46,553 nucleotides of DNA, taken from the IMG/VR virus record IMGVR_UViG_3300044802_000020. One strand, written 5' to 3'. A model generated the notes under the pieces. It made no database searches. It saw only the letters and a list, made by a program, of their open reading frames with translations, and had not been told where the DNA came from. The translations under genes and the position numbers were made by a program. Of the stretch, positions 8,406 to 18,362 are shown piece by piece. The stretch is from a virus. Numbering within the stretch: position 1 is the stretch's first letter; every line of letters begins with the position of its first letter.

Positions 8406-9151
8406 GGGTCATCCCCTCCGTTGACGAGCATCGCCTGTCCGGGCGGATCTGGGTATCGGTTGTACGCAATCTTCTCCGCCGTATCTTCGTCGAACACCAC
8501 ATCATCCGAGCCCGACATCAACCGCGCTTTGTACGCTTGACGCTGCTGCGCGAGGGACGGTGTCTGACCTTCGGCTTTGCGCTTCTTTGCCAAACTCGCC
8601 GAACGCGACGTCGAGCCCTTCGCCAAGGGGCGGTACTTCGCCACCAAGACGCGCGATAGGTTGATTCCTACGAAGGAAAGCTCTGCTTCGAGCACTTCGG
8701 AACGCTTGGCGTCTTCGCCGTACTTGATGTTCGTCAAGAACATGTTTCGATACAACCCAAGCCCCATCTGTAGATCGCACAGTTCATGCCGCTTGCGTGT
8801 CGAATCGAGCAAGGACAGTGCAGCCTGCGAGCGCGTAAGGCCCGGCACAATGTAGCTGTATCCGGACTTGTCCACGTCTTGGGGGAGCGCAGGGCCGTCT
8901 TGGTCGTGGGAATCGAGGCTTTGATCGTTGAGTAGATTTTCCGGAGCTGCGTTCGACACAATGACGGTCATCGTGATCTGGACTTGCTCATCGTACGCAT
9001 GATCGTTGATGGGCGAGCCCGTGGCGATGGGGTTGGACGTGACCTTCGTAGGAAGGGACACCTCGGAATTAAGCACCGAATCCCACACAATGGCCCAAGC
9101 CGCATCGGCATCTTGGACGCTGGACATTTTGCGAATGACTGTAGCGCTCAT
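8402..9151 (-). CDS. Tail-associated protein of unknown function, immediately downstream of the tape measure.
   Basis: 249-aa ORF whose start overlaps the tape-measure stop. Confidence 0.75.
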   Translation of the reverse strand: MSATVIRKMSSVQDADAAWAIVWDSVLNSEVSLPTKVTSNPIATGSPINDHAYDEQVQITMTVIVSNAAPENLLNDQSLDSHDQDGPALPQDVDKSGYSYIVPGLTRSQAALSLLDSTRKRHELCDLQMGLGLYRNMFLTNIKYGEDAKRSEVLEAELSFVGINLSRVLVAKYRPLAKGSTSRSASLAKKRKAEGQTPSLAQQRQAYKARLMSGSDDVVFDEDTAEKIAYNRYPDPPGQAMLVNGGDDP

Positions 9152-10743
9152 GATTTGAAAGGCCCTTGTGCGTTACGTGCGCGCCCAGAAGATCCCCGCC
9201 CTCGTCCTTGGCTGTCAACTGCATCCTTCACTTGGCCGTGCAATTGTTCGCCCACGGCTGCCTCGCGCCCCTTGTCGGCTCGAATATCGACGCGGCCGAT
9301 GTCCACTTTCGTATTGTTCTGCACCATCCCGCCGCTTGCCTGCCCCGCGGCCATGGGCGGCGCGTACGCGCTCGACACGGCCAAGGCGGGCGGCACCCAC
9401 GCGCCCCAGTTTCCAGCCGTACCAAGGAAGTGCGCCATGTCGTCGGCGCGTTCTTGCTTGTCGTGCTGAATCGTCCGCTGGTCGTTTTGGCGCTGCTCTT
9501 CCTTGTCCAGAAAGTTTTCGACCCCCTTCACCCCGAGCTTGCCCAGCACCCAGCGAAGCGAGCGCCCGGCATAGTCGACCTTGAAGAACCACTCGACGGC
9601 ACGGCGAACCTTGTCGACGACCGTATCCCAGGCTTCACCAAACCACGAGATGACGGCGCCCCAGTTTTCCTTAAGCGTGTGCGCCACCGCAATGATGGTG
9701 AAGATGTCCGCCAGAATCAGCGCCACAGGGCCGAGTATCGGCAACAAACCCCAAAGCGCAGCGACTACGCCTGAAATCCACGTCGCAAACTTGAGCGCTA
9801 CAAGCGCAGTGACAATTGTCTCGATGGCTTGCAGGGGCGTGATGATGTCGTTAAACGGAGCCCAAAGCTCGGAGACCTTATCCTTCACCGCCACCACGCC
9901 GTCGTAAATGCGCCCGATGTAGTAGATGACAATCCACAACCAGTCCCCGAACTTCGTCAACACATCGTTTCGGTTGATCGTCCACCACTCTGTAAAGGCG
10001 TCCGTCACGCGCATGATGGCAGGCGCAAGCTCGTTGCCGATCAACGTCGTGATTTGTCCGATGATCCGATGAAGCCCCATGAAGGCTATTTCAGTCTCGT
10101 GCGCGCGTTTGTAATCCTGGTCGGTCAGGAAGCCGCCCTTGCGTGCTTTGTTGACCGCATCGAGGAACTCTTCCCCGCCCATCTCGGCCATAAGATTGGA
10201 GAGCTTAGGCGTCAAGCCCAGATGCCCAGCCACGGCCAAGCGCATACCCGGATCCCACTTCGCGAATTTGTCGGACAACTCGGCGAAGAGTTCGTCTGTC
10301 GTCTTGAGCGCGCCGGTAGCCGCGTCCTTCGTGTCGATGCCAAGCTGCTTAAACAGCTTCGTGTACCGGGGGAACCCAGCCGCCGCCGCGCCCGCCGCGC
10401 GCGTGACGCCCATCAAAGCTTCGTGCATCTGGTCGGCCGACACGCCAGCCTGGCCCGCGACACGGTCGAACGCGTCGACGCTGGTAGCCGCTACCCCGAT
10501 AGCCTCCGAAGTCTCTTGCACGGCCGCTGCCGACTCGACGGCATGCTCTACGAACTCCATCAGGCGATGGCCCAGCTCGACGGCAGCCATCACCCCAAGC
10601 GCTTCGAGCATGTGGTGCACGCTCGAAATAGCGTGCTGGAATTTCTCGATAGCTCCGTGGTCGGCACGCACGCCGAGACGGACGAAGAACTCCTCTAGAA
10701 GCGAGCCGCCCCCGGAGTGGCCGTATCCTGCGCTCTCACTCAT
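9148..10743 (-). CDS. Tail tape measure protein.
   Basis: 531 aa, helix-rich, with a central hydrophobic block (WLWIVIYYIGRIY...LVALKFATWISGVVAALWGLLPILGPVALILADIFTIIAVA). It lies directly after the frameshifted chaperone pair. Confidence 0.85.
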   Translation of the reverse strand: MSESAGYGHSGGGSLLEEFFVRLGVRADHGAIEKFQHAISSVHHMLEALGVMAAVELGHRLMEFVEHAVESAAAVQETSEAIGVAATSVDAFDRVAGQAGVSADQMHEALMGVTRAAGAAAAGFPRYTKLFKQLGIDTKDAATGALKTTDELFAELSDKFAKWDPGMRLAVAGHLGLTPKLSNLMAEMGGEEFLDAVNKARKGGFLTDQDYKRAHETEIAFMGLHRIIGQITTLIGNELAPAIMRVTDAFTEWWTINRNDVLTKFGDWLWIVIYYIGRIYDGVVAVKDKVSELWAPFNDIITPLQAIETIVTALVALKFATWISGVVAALWGLLPILGPVALILADIFTIIAVAHTLKENWGAVISWFGEAWDTVVDKVRRAVEWFFKVDYAGRSLRWVLGKLGVKGVENFLDKEEQRQNDQRTIQHDKQERADDMAHFLGTAGNWGAWVPPALAVSSAYAPPMAAGQASGGMVQNNTKVDIGRVDIRADKGREAAVGEQLHGQVKDAVDSQGRGRGSSGRARNAQGPFKS

Positions 10744-11358
10744 CCGGGGAATCCTCCTTCTGTTGTTCTTTTTGCCGCGCCCTGTACTCGTCTTCTTCGG
10801 CGATGACCTCGTGGAAGTCCGCGAGGTCGTTTATGTCGTAAGTACCATCGGACAGCTCACGACGCGAGCAAAGCGGGGGATCTACTCGGCAAGGGAGCCA
10901 GATGTACCAATGGATATTGGCGGATTCGATGGGCTCGACTCCGCCCCCACTTCTTCGCTCGAAAGTGAGAGGGCGCCTTCTAAAAAATCGGCGAAGTTCA
11001 CCTTGAACGCTTCCACCGCCACTTTGAAAGCGTCCAGCAAACGACCTTGAAACGTGGTTTCCAGGGTGACTTTCCCCGTCTTCTCTTGGTCGACACAAGA
11101 CGTCGATGTGTAGAGCGTGTCCATGGCGAGGCGAATTTCGTCATCGTTCAACTTGCCGAGCAAGTCTCCGGTGAGCTTCGCCGCTGCCGCGCGTACGTCA
11201 ACCTTCGCGCCGCGCGTGCCGGCTGCAATCTCGGCCAAAGGCGACCCGAGATTGCGAACGACGATCAACAGCACCTTGAAAGCCATACCGGCGGGCAGCA
11301 TTCCAAAGCGGAAACGCCGCCCCCCGATGACCTTTGTCACGTCCTTTGTCATGGTCAT
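10736..11358 (-). CDS. Tail assembly chaperone, -1 frameshift fusion product (gpGT analogue, about 207 aa).
   Basis: The frame of ORF 10736..11098 is -1 relative to 10882..11358. Its C-terminal half (IHWYIWLPCRVDPPLCSRRELSDGTYDINDLADFHEVIAEEDEYRARQKEQQKEDSPDE) looks protein-like, while its N-terminal half is off-frame Arg-rich. A T TTT TTA site joins the two frames. Confidence 0.75.
10882..11358 (-). CDS. Tail assembly chaperone, zero-frame product (gpG analogue).
   Basis: 158-aa ORF between the tube and tape-measure genes. It contains the slippery heptamer 33 codons before its stop. Confidence 0.85.
   Translation of the reverse strand: MTMTKDVTKVIGGRRFRFGMLPAGMAFKVLLIVVRNLGSPLAEIAAGTRGAKVDVRAAAAKLTGDLLGKLNDDEIRLAMDTLYTSTSCVDQEKTGKVTLETTFQGRLLDAFKVAVEAFKVNFADFLEGALSLSSEEVGAESSPSNPPISIGTSGSLAE
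10981..10987 (-). promoter_or_regulatory. Programmed -1 ribosomal frameshift slippery heptamer T TTT TTA.
   Basis: The minus strand reads GCC GAT TTT TTA GAA in the zero frame (plus strand taaaaaa at 10981-10987). This is a perfect X XXY YYZ site. Confidence 0.75.
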
Positions 11359-11361
11359 GAC

Positions 11362-11832
11362 TTAACGACCCACGGCTTCCGCGGTAGCCGTCAACAGACC
11401 CGCGAAGGTCGGATCGGCCAGATCCATCACCCCGCGCTCGAAGGTGAATTCCCAGACGCGCTTGCTCGCCTTGGCGCCTTGCTCGGGACTGGCCGGGCTG
11501 CTGATGTAGCCATACCACCCCGCGATCTTGTCCTGGCGGTAGCTGTCTTTCGCCGAGAACACCACCGGGACGAAGGATCGCGGCCCGCCCTTCTGCGCCG
11601 CGTACAGCGTCGACAGAAGCGCGTTTCCGCTCGACGTAGGGGCGAGCGTAAGCGTGACCTTGACCGACTTGTCCGCGGTCAAGTAGATCGTCATGATGCC
11701 GTCGGCGCCCATCGAGTGGGTATCTTTCCCGAGCCACTCGAATTTGACAACGCCATCCCCCTCGTCGAAGCCCGTGATCTGTGTCCCGTTGACGAACGTT
11801 ACCCAGTCGATGAAACTGATTGCTTTTGCCAT
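11362..11832 (-). CDS. Tail tube protein.
   Basis: 156-aa ORF directly downstream of the sheath gene and upstream of the chaperone pair. Confidence 0.75.
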   Translation of the reverse strand: MAKAISFIDWVTFVNGTQITGFDEGDGVVKFEWLGKDTHSMGADGIMTIYLTADKSVKVTLTLAPTSSGNALLSTLYAAQKGGPRSFVPVVFSAKDSYRQDKIAGWYGYISSPASPEQGAKASKRVWEFTFERGVMDLADPTFAGLLTATAEAVGR

Positions 11833-11870
11833 GTCCTTGACCTTTCACTAGCAGTCGGCGAACGCTTCGC

Positions 11871-13343
11871 CTAAGGGCTGAAAATCAGCTTGAGGTTGGC
11901 CTTCTGGATGGCCCCCGAACCCGTCGCCAGCGCCGTGATGGGCGGCGAAACGCGAGTGTTGCGGTCGGCCTGGCTCATGCTGGAGATGGGCTCGGCGTAC
12001 ACGTAGAAGCCGTCTTTCAAGTATCCGCCCGGCTTCACCGTGCCCACACCCGTAACGGTCCTCGGCCAGTACCCCGGCGCCAGAAGTCCGTTGTTGACGG
12101 CCTTGCGAAGTGCGGTCTCGAAAGCCGTCACCAGCAAAGCCACGTCTTCGTCAGTCTGCGCGAGTCGTCCCATGGCGGTCATGGCCGCGTAGACCTGCGT
12201 CTTGATCTCCAGGTCGAGCCAGGACAGCCCGAACACCTGATCGATGTACGTACCGTCGCCCATGGTGCCGTACGTGAAAATGGGGCTGTTCGCGCCGAAC
12301 GAAGCCACGACGTTGCAGTTCTTCGCGCGCAGACCATCGTAGATGCTTTGGTCGATGTTCTCGCCCGACACGCCACCGATGGCCTTACCCCACAGGGTGA
12401 TGACCGAGCGATATTGCGTGTAGTCCACGACCGCAATACGCGCGAGCGCGCCCACGCCTGCGTTGGGCGTATCCGTCGAGTACGTGACGAAGGTGTACTT
12501 GTTCGACTTCCGCTTGGTGTACCCCGCGATGTCCGTATCGCCGCTGGTCGGCGTAGCGTACGCAGCCGGGCTGTTGGTCGTCGCCGCCATGGGGCGCTTG
12601 TTCGCGAGCGCCCAATCCGAGGCGTTCTGCAAGTCGGTCAGATCCGCATCGCTCGCCATGGCGAAAGAGAACCAAGACGAGGTGAAGACCTTCGCCGCCG
12701 TCAAAGAATCGTCGACGACGGTTTCCGCCGCGATCCCCACCGCGCGACGTGCGCCTTCTTCGACGGTCAGGCCGAGAAGCGCGGCCGTCGTGGTGTCGGT
12801 GCCGGCCGTCGTGGCGAAACTGACTTGACTCGAAGTCCCTGTGGTGGGGGAGCTGACCAGGAAGAACCCGTCCGCCGTGTACGTGCACGTGGTGCTTGCG
12901 AGCCCCGCGGCCAACTGCGACTGAATCGCAGTGGCCACGGCCGCGAAGTCGGCACAGCCCGAGAGGTCGAGCGCCGTCACGTGGATCGTGGTGGTGTCCA
13001 CGGTGACATCGAACGCGCCCGCCGTGATGGCCTTCAAGGCGAGCAACGCCCCGTGCGCACCGCCCAGCAGCACACCGGCCTGTGCCGTCGAGAATCGCCG
13101 CGCGATGTACAGCCCGCTAAGCGATGGGTTCTGCGCGAAGGCAACCATCGCCGCTTTGTACTCGGGGTCGGACGCCGAGAATCGCGAAGCAAGCGTGTCA
13201 GAGGTGAAGTATTTCACCTTTTCGTAGACCGCCAGCTTGGCGGACTTTCCGAAGATGCACACCCCTTGCAAGCTCGGCGTGGCAGGCGGAAGCTGCGGAA
13301 CCTCGATGGTCAAACCGATTACGTTGTTGATGTCGAGACTCAT
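11871..13343 (-). CDS. Contractile tail sheath protein.
   Basis: 490 aa. Its size and its position upstream of the tube gene fit the sheath proteins that co-occur with this capsid/portal gene set. Confidence 0.75.
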   Translation of the reverse strand: MSLDINNVIGLTIEVPQLPPATPSLQGVCIFGKSAKLAVYEKVKYFTSDTLASRFSASDPEYKAAMVAFAQNPSLSGLYIARRFSTAQAGVLLGGAHGALLALKAITAGAFDVTVDTTTIHVTALDLSGCADFAAVATAIQSQLAAGLASTTCTYTADGFFLVSSPTTGTSSQVSFATTAGTDTTTAALLGLTVEEGARRAVGIAAETVVDDSLTAAKVFTSSWFSFAMASDADLTDLQNASDWALANKRPMAATTNSPAAYATPTSGDTDIAGYTKRKSNKYTFVTYSTDTPNAGVGALARIAVVDYTQYRSVITLWGKAIGGVSGENIDQSIYDGLRAKNCNVVASFGANSPIFTYGTMGDGTYIDQVFGLSWLDLEIKTQVYAAMTAMGRLAQTDEDVALLVTAFETALRKAVNNGLLAPGYWPRTVTGVGTVKPGGYLKDGFYVYAEPISSMSQADRNTRVSPPITALATGSGAIQKANLKLIFSP

Positions 13344-13972
13344 GGTATGGGCACCTCGATGGCTGTTTGGTGGACGTCCCCGCCCGGTTCCGCAACTATA
13401 AGCTGCGCTTGCAAGGCGGCCAAGAATTGAACCTTCGTGGTCTCGCGGGCCACGATGCCGAAGTCAAGATCTACCTGCCCGCGCGACTCGAAAAGCGAAT
13501 CGTTCAAGGCCGTAAGGTCGCGCGCCGCGCTCTTCTGCCCCAAGAACGCGATGCCGTTCTGCTGCAAAAGCATACGCACCGACGGGAGCCAGAAGCGCGA
13601 AGGTAGCCGGTTGGCTTGGTTGAAGCCCCACTGGCTTTGCTCCATGATGCCGACCGAATCGACGAACGCGCCTTCGTCGGCCGACGTGGGCGCCCGACGC
13701 GCTCGATAGAACTGCACCGACGCCGTGAATTCTTGATACGTGTCGAGGTAGTAATCCATCTCGACCGCGTCGACAGCCGCCCCGGAAACATCGCCGACTT
13801 TCTCGGGCGTGGCTTTGTTCCCTTGCGCGTAGATGAAAACCGTAGCGAACTCGTCGCCCGAATCCCCGATAGGCAACGTCTGATTCGCCGGACGTACCGT
13901 GTTGACAGCCATGCCGGCGGCTTCACGGACGATGCCACAAAGATTGTTGCTCAACAAATCTTGGAAGTTCAC
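13340..13972 (-). CDS. Virion neck / tail-completion protein, assigned from position only.
   Basis: 210 aa from a GTG at 13972 that forms a GTGA overlap with the upstream stop (VNFQDLLSNN...). An alternative start at MAVNTV is possible. The upstream 60 tracked codons are Arg-rich. Confidence 0.6.
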   Translation of the reverse strand: MNFQDLLSNNLCGIVREAAGMAVNTVRPANQTLPIGDSGDEFATVFIYAQGNKATPEKVGDVSGAAVDAVEMDYYLDTYQEFTASVQFYRARRAPTSADEGAFVDSVGIMEQSQWGFNQANRLPSRFWLPSVRMLLQQNGIAFLGQKSAARDLTALNDSLFESRGQVDLDFGIVARETTKVQFLAALQAQLIVAEPGGDVHQTAIEVPIP

Positions 13973-14361
13973 GTCGAGATCCTCGTCGGGGTTGCCGCGT
14001 GGTACTCCTGCGCGTACGCGACGTAATAGCCGTACGCCTCGTAACGCTCGACCTTCATCACCCGGTACTTGCCCCCGTTCCATCCCACCACGTCGCTGTC
14101 GTTGGCAGCGCCTACCATGAAGAGCGATTGCGCGCTGTAGATCTCGATCCACCCGTCCATACGCTCGCCTTCGGGCATGGGCGTAGTCTTGTCGGGGTTG
14201 CTCGTCGGTTGTACGATGGCAGTCAACTCCGTGGGCGTGTGCGTGTTCCGGTAGCGACCTTCGAGCCCCGCAACGAAGCCGCCGACAGGACGATAGCGCA
14301 CGATGTCCGAAAGGAACTCGGGATCGGTCACAAGCTCGGACAGATCAAGCGTCGGCCGCAT
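13969..14361 (-). CDS. Head-tail joining / neck protein, assigned from position only.
   Basis: 130 aa from the ATG at 14361 (MRPTLDLSELVTDPEF...), which overlaps the upstream TAA by 1 nt. Confidence 0.65.
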   Translation of the reverse strand: MRPTLDLSELVTDPEFLSDIVRYRPVGGFVAGLEGRYRNTHTPTELTAIVQPTSNPDKTTPMPEGERMDGWIEIYSAQSLFMVGAANDSDVVGWNGGKYRVMKVERYEAYGYYVAYAQEYHAATPTRIST

Positions 14362-14864
14362 TAGTCGTGCCCCCAGGTTACGGCCTGCTCCATGTTGCCT
14401 GTATCCTTGAGCGGTTGATCGCCCTTCTTCCCGTCGCGCGTTTTCGCTGCGATGGTTGCGTCGGCGTTCGGCTCGGCCCACGTCTTGCTGGTCGCGATGG
14501 CGCGCTTAATTTCCCCGGCAGCCATCGCTCCGAGCTGGCCGATTGCCTGCTCGTAAGACATGCGCCCTTTGAGCGTCAAAATCAGGTTGATCCGATTGAG
14601 CCGCGAAAACTTCATTTTCCCTTGGGTGATCCCGTGGCGCATGAACGCGCGCTCCGGAGTGTGCACGGTGCCGTCGGCGTTGTGCGTGCCCAGCTCATTC
14701 CACGCGGCGACTTGCGCCACCGTCAAAAAGCCGTCGTCTTCGGTCTCGGGATGCGACTTCCCCTTGATGAAGCCGGCCTTGACGGTCCCGCGCATGGTCT
14801 TGAAGTGCTGCGCGAGTGCTGCCAAGCCACCGTTGTGTACGGTGTGCTCGACGTGCCCGCTCAC
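14361..14864 (-). CDS. Head-tail adaptor / tail-completion protein (HK97 gp10-like position).
   Basis: 167 aa from the GTG at 14864 (VSGHVEHTVHNGGLAALAQHF...), with a GTGA overlap on the upstream stop. Confidence 0.6.
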   Translation of the reverse strand: MSGHVEHTVHNGGLAALAQHFKTMRGTVKAGFIKGKSHPETEDDGFLTVAQVAAWNELGTHNADGTVHTPERAFMRHGITQGKMKFSRLNRINLILTLKGRMSYEQAIGQLGAMAAGEIKRAIATSKTWAEPNADATIAAKTRDGKKGDQPLKDTGNMEQAVTWGHD

Positions 14865-15319
14865 TGCGGTTCCCCTGTGGGTGGAATGTCTGCCGCTGGG
14901 AAGACCAAAGGATCGGCGCTGCACAAACCCGTGCCGCTGTCGTCGAGCCACTTTGCGCCCGACGCGAGCACGCCGCGCCCCACCTGCCCCCTAAGCCAAC
15001 AAAGACGCTGTCCATAGGTCGTCGACATCCAAGGATCTTCGGATTGCTTCTGTAGCATCGCCGCGTTCCGCGTGATGTTGAGCTTCCCCGCGCCCTTGGA
15101 AACAACGTCGCGCGCGAAGGTCGCCGAGGGTGCGGCCGTCGCGCGCGCTTGTTCTTCTGCTTCAATCGCGCAGTAATGGGCGGCGTAGAGCCCTTGGGCC
15201 ATGTCCGCGTACTCCTCGTAAGCCTCCCCAATGAAAAGGAGGGCTTCCGAAAGGTACGTCTCGATATTCGCGTTAGTGGCGAACTGCGGATACCGAGCTT
15301 TGAACGTGGCCGAGTTCAT
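14861..15319 (-). CDS. Head-tail connector protein (DUF4054-like).
   Basis: 152 aa. The N-terminus MNSATFKARYPQFATNANIETYLSEA matches the F-x-x-x-(Y/F)P-x-F opening typical of DUF4054 connector proteins. The gene follows the capsid gene. Confidence 0.65.
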   Translation of the reverse strand: MNSATFKARYPQFATNANIETYLSEALLFIGEAYEEYADMAQGLYAAHYCAIEAEEQARATAAPSATFARDVVSKGAGKLNITRNAAMLQKQSEDPWMSTTYGQRLCWLRGQVGRGVLASGAKWLDDSGTGLCSADPLVFPAADIPPTGEPQ

Positions 15320-15334
15320 CGCCGCCCGTCGCGC

Positions 15335-16507
15335 TTAGTGAGCCGAGCCGCCCGTGCCCAGCACCTTGTCCATGTAGAGCATGGACTTGGGGTAGCGCAG
15401 CTCATAGCCGCCGCAGCGCTGCTCGCCCGGCACATTCACGCGCAGGTTGACGAGCTGTGGAGCCTGGAAACGAAGGGGCATGGGTACGTGGAACACGGCC
15501 ATGTCTTCGTTGTTCACCCAGAACACCGCTCGGCTGTTGCTGCCCGAGACCGCGCCGCCCGTAGTGGCTGCGCCTGCCGTGTCGAGACCCCAGATCGGAC
15601 GAATCCGAACGTTGACCTCCATGGTCGCTTGGGAAATGTTGTTCTTCACCAAGAAGGTGAAGATCGTTGTATCGGAGTAGGTCGACCGAGCCGTCGAAAC
15701 GATCCGGTTCCACGCCTGTACCGGAACGCCGATGTCCGTCGCCACGTAGTTGAACCCCATGGCGGTGAAGACGTAGTTCAGGCCGAAGTTGAGATCGTAC
15801 AGGATCGTGTCGGCCGTGGCCGCGTCCCAGTTCCCCGTGAGGGAAGTTCCGTTGGTGCTGCCCACGGCGATCTGCGGACAGGTCGACTGATTGAGGAACC
15901 CCTTGATGTTCTTCGAGGCGATGCCGAAGAGCGCGGCCTTGTTGAGCGCGCGTTCCGCGGCCTGCGTCGCCTTGACCAGCCGGCGCTCATTGAGGGGGCG
16001 TCGGAGGTAGGCGGTCTGTCGCAGCTCTTGGAGGGTGTAGAAGTACCCGATGCGGCCGTGCGCGACCGAGTGGTTCTCGTCATCGTACTGGACATCGACG
16101 TACGGGAAATCGTCTCCCTTGTCACTGCCCCAGTCCGCTTCGCCGACACCGTCTTCCTTCTCGAAACGGATGTTGTCGGCCCACTCGCCCGCCTCGCCCG
16201 TGACCGTCATCAACTGGCGGTACTGCATGGGGAGGTACAGACGCTCACGGACCTTTGCCTCCGTGTAAGTCGTCTGCCCGATGACGAACGAAAGAGCTTC
16301 GTTCGCGTCGCGAGCGGCGCCGGGGACGCGCGCGTATTCGTGCCCGTCGCCAATGATCTTGGCCATGTCGGGCGCCCACGCGGCGTGAAGCTCGCGCAAG
16401 CGCTGCTCGCTCACGAGAACTTCCTTGAACAGGTCCATGCCATCCGCGACCGAGATCAAGCGTCGGCCCGGCTTGCCGGGGATTTCTTTTCCGATATTGA
16501 ATTCCAT
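15335..16507 (-). CDS. Major capsid protein (HK97-fold, DUF2184-like).
   Basis: 390 aa, located downstream of the protease/scaffold and decoration genes. Its size and sequence character fit the capsid family that pairs with DUF1073 portals. Confidence 0.8.
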   Translation of the reverse strand: MEFNIGKEIPGKPGRRLISVADGMDLFKEVLVSEQRLRELHAAWAPDMAKIIGDGHEYARVPGAARDANEALSFVIGQTTYTEAKVRERLYLPMQYRQLMTVTGEAGEWADNIRFEKEDGVGEADWGSDKGDDFPYVDVQYDDENHSVAHGRIGYFYTLQELRQTAYLRRPLNERRLVKATQAAERALNKAALFGIASKNIKGFLNQSTCPQIAVGSTNGTSLTGNWDAATADTILYDLNFGLNYVFTAMGFNYVATDIGVPVQAWNRIVSTARSTYSDTTIFTFLVKNNISQATMEVNVRIRPIWGLDTAGAATTGGAVSGSNSRAVFWVNNEDMAVFHVPMPLRFQAPQLVNLRVNVPGEQRCGGYELRYPKSMLYMDKVLGTGGSAH

Positions 16508-16553
16508 CGTCCTTTGTCCTTTGCTGGAGGTTGTTTGCTAAGCCCTGTCCCGG

Positions 16554-17066
16554 TTAGGACGTGGTCTTCATGGAGCGGCCCGCGCGCAACACGACCTTGG
16601 CGAGTTGCCCCGCCGTTGCCGCACCTTCGTAGGTGCAAGTGCCGGGCACCGCGTACCGCGTGGAACCGTTGGCCGCGCCACCGCTGGCCGCGCCCCACGT
16701 GACGCCACCCGTGCCGCCGTCGACGAGAATCAGCAGAGCGTCGCCGTCCGCCGCGTTCTCGCCAGCGACAATCAGGATCGGCCCCTCTTCTACGACGGAA
16801 GCGGAGTCGTACTGATTGTACTTCGCGACGCCTCCCAAAATGGGGTGCATCGGGTTCTTCTCGGCGATGCCGACGAACGCCGTGTGCGAGCCGTCGAAAG
16901 GCACGCATCCGCCGCTGGCGCCTTGGGCGAGAGGTCCACCCCAGGCGGCGCCTGCCGCATCTTCCACGACTCGCGAGCGACGCACGGCAAGCGCGCCGTC
17001 GATGACTTGGCCGGCATAGCCCCGGTCGAACTCGAAGCTGCCGACGCTTCCTAGATCTACTGACAT
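16554..17066 (-). CDS. Putative capsid decoration / cement protein (DUF2190-like).
   Basis: 170-aa Gly/Ala-rich ORF immediately upstream of the major capsid gene. Confidence 0.6.
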   Translation of the reverse strand: MSVDLGSVGSFEFDRGYAGQVIDGALAVRRSRVVEDAAGAAWGGPLAQGASGGCVPFDGSHTAFVGIAEKNPMHPILGGVAKYNQYDSASVVEEGPILIVAGENAADGDALLILVDGGTGGVTWGAASGGAANGSTRYAVPGTCTYEGAATAGQLAKVVLRAGRSMKTTS

Positions 17067-17105
17067 GTGATTTCCTTTCGTTCGGGTTTCGGTTTCGGCC
17101 TTGGG

Positions 17106-18362
17106 CTACTTGCCGGCAGGCTTCTGTCCCGGAATGAAATTCTTGCGAAGGTAGGTCTCCGTGCTCATGTCGGGGATCTCGTCACCGCCATCCGACGCAG
17201 CGGCTTCCTTCTTCTTCGTTTTGGAACCGTCCGCGCTGAAAGCGTGGGCGATGTCATCGCGGCGCTTGGACGCGTCCTGTGTCGAGCCCTTGACCGAAGC
17301 CACGGCCGCGTTGCACGCCGTACGGATCTGGTCGTCGCTCGCCTTGTCGAGCGCGACCCCTGCGAGCACGGCATCGACGACGTTCTTGACCGACGTGTGC
17401 CGCGTGGAAAGATCGGACACCATCTTTCGGCGCAGCTCGGCCGAAGTGAGACCTTCCGGCTTCACTTCGGGGCAATGCGCTCCGCAATCGGCGAGCAACA
17501 CCACACGCTCGTTGACAAGCGCGTCCACGTCCGTCTTCGGGATCGTGCCTTCGCGCAGCTTCGCCAACTCGGCGCCGTGGTCGCTCACGAGCTTGGAGAC
17601 GGCCGCCCCGTGCGCTTCTTCCTTCGCGCGAAGAGTGGTGCGCGCGTCGTCACGCTCGCCCGACAATTTCTTGACGAGCGTTGCCGCCGTCCCCTCGGGC
17701 ACTTCGTAGTCGACGCTGTCGATGGTCATCTTCACTGTTGCCATGGTCTTGTCCTCGTTCGGTTGATGGTCTGCGATCCGGCAGCCAGGGCCACCGCGGG
17801 CAACGTCCGTAACGGCAAGATGGTTGCCCCGCACCTTGCGCATGATTCCGTGGTAGGGCTGCCCGTCGCTGTGAACGCCGGCTTGCTTGTCGCACTCGAA
17901 GCCGTACCCCACGGAAAGCTGCGACCTGCCCGAGAAAACATTCGAGATCGCCGTAGCATCGTTGATGCGTACGCGACCACCGACGTAGCCGTCCTTCGCC
18001 TGCCACTTGCAATCGCGCACATGTCCGATTGCAAGCTGCTTCCAATTGTCCGAAGTCACCCCGTTGGGATACGTAACCCGATCCGGGTGCATATCCGTGA
18101 TGGGCATATCCTCGAACGAAGCGATGGATTCAGGGTCGGAAACTTCGTCTTCGGGGCGAAGCAGCGTCACGATGTCGTCAGGCTGTTTGTCCGCGAAGAT
18201 TTGCTGTCCGTCTTCACCTACCAGCTCGCGCGCACGGTAGCGTTGCAACCCCGTACGCGAAAGACGCGCGGGCGCTGTCAAGTAATTGGTGCCGGGAGTA
18301 ATCACCCGCTGGGACGCTTCCACCGGCATCAAATCGAAGACGAGGGGGATTGCGTAATTCAT
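17106..18362 (-). CDS. Prohead protease / scaffolding protein (DUF2213-like).
   Basis: 418 aa from the ATG at 18362 (MNYAIPLVFDLMPVEAS...), with an ATGA overlap on the upstream stop. A globular N-terminal domain is followed by a charged helical C-terminal half, as expected of a scaffold. Confidence 0.65.
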   Translation of the reverse strand: MNYAIPLVFDLMPVEASQRVITPGTNYLTAPARLSRTGLQRYRARELVGEDGQQIFADKQPDDIVTLLRPEDEVSDPESIASFEDMPITDMHPDRVTYPNGVTSDNWKQLAIGHVRDCKWQAKDGYVGGRVRINDATAISNVFSGRSQLSVGYGFECDKQAGVHSDGQPYHGIMRKVRGNHLAVTDVARGGPGCRIADHQPNEDKTMATVKMTIDSVDYEVPEGTAATLVKKLSGERDDARTTLRAKEEAHGAAVSKLVSDHGAELAKLREGTIPKTDVDALVNERVVLLADCGAHCPEVKPEGLTSAELRRKMVSDLSTRHTSVKNVVDAVLAGVALDKASDDQIRTACNAAVASVKGSTQDASKRRDDIAHAFSADGSKTKKKEAAASDGGDEIPDMSTETYLRKNFIPGQKPAGK

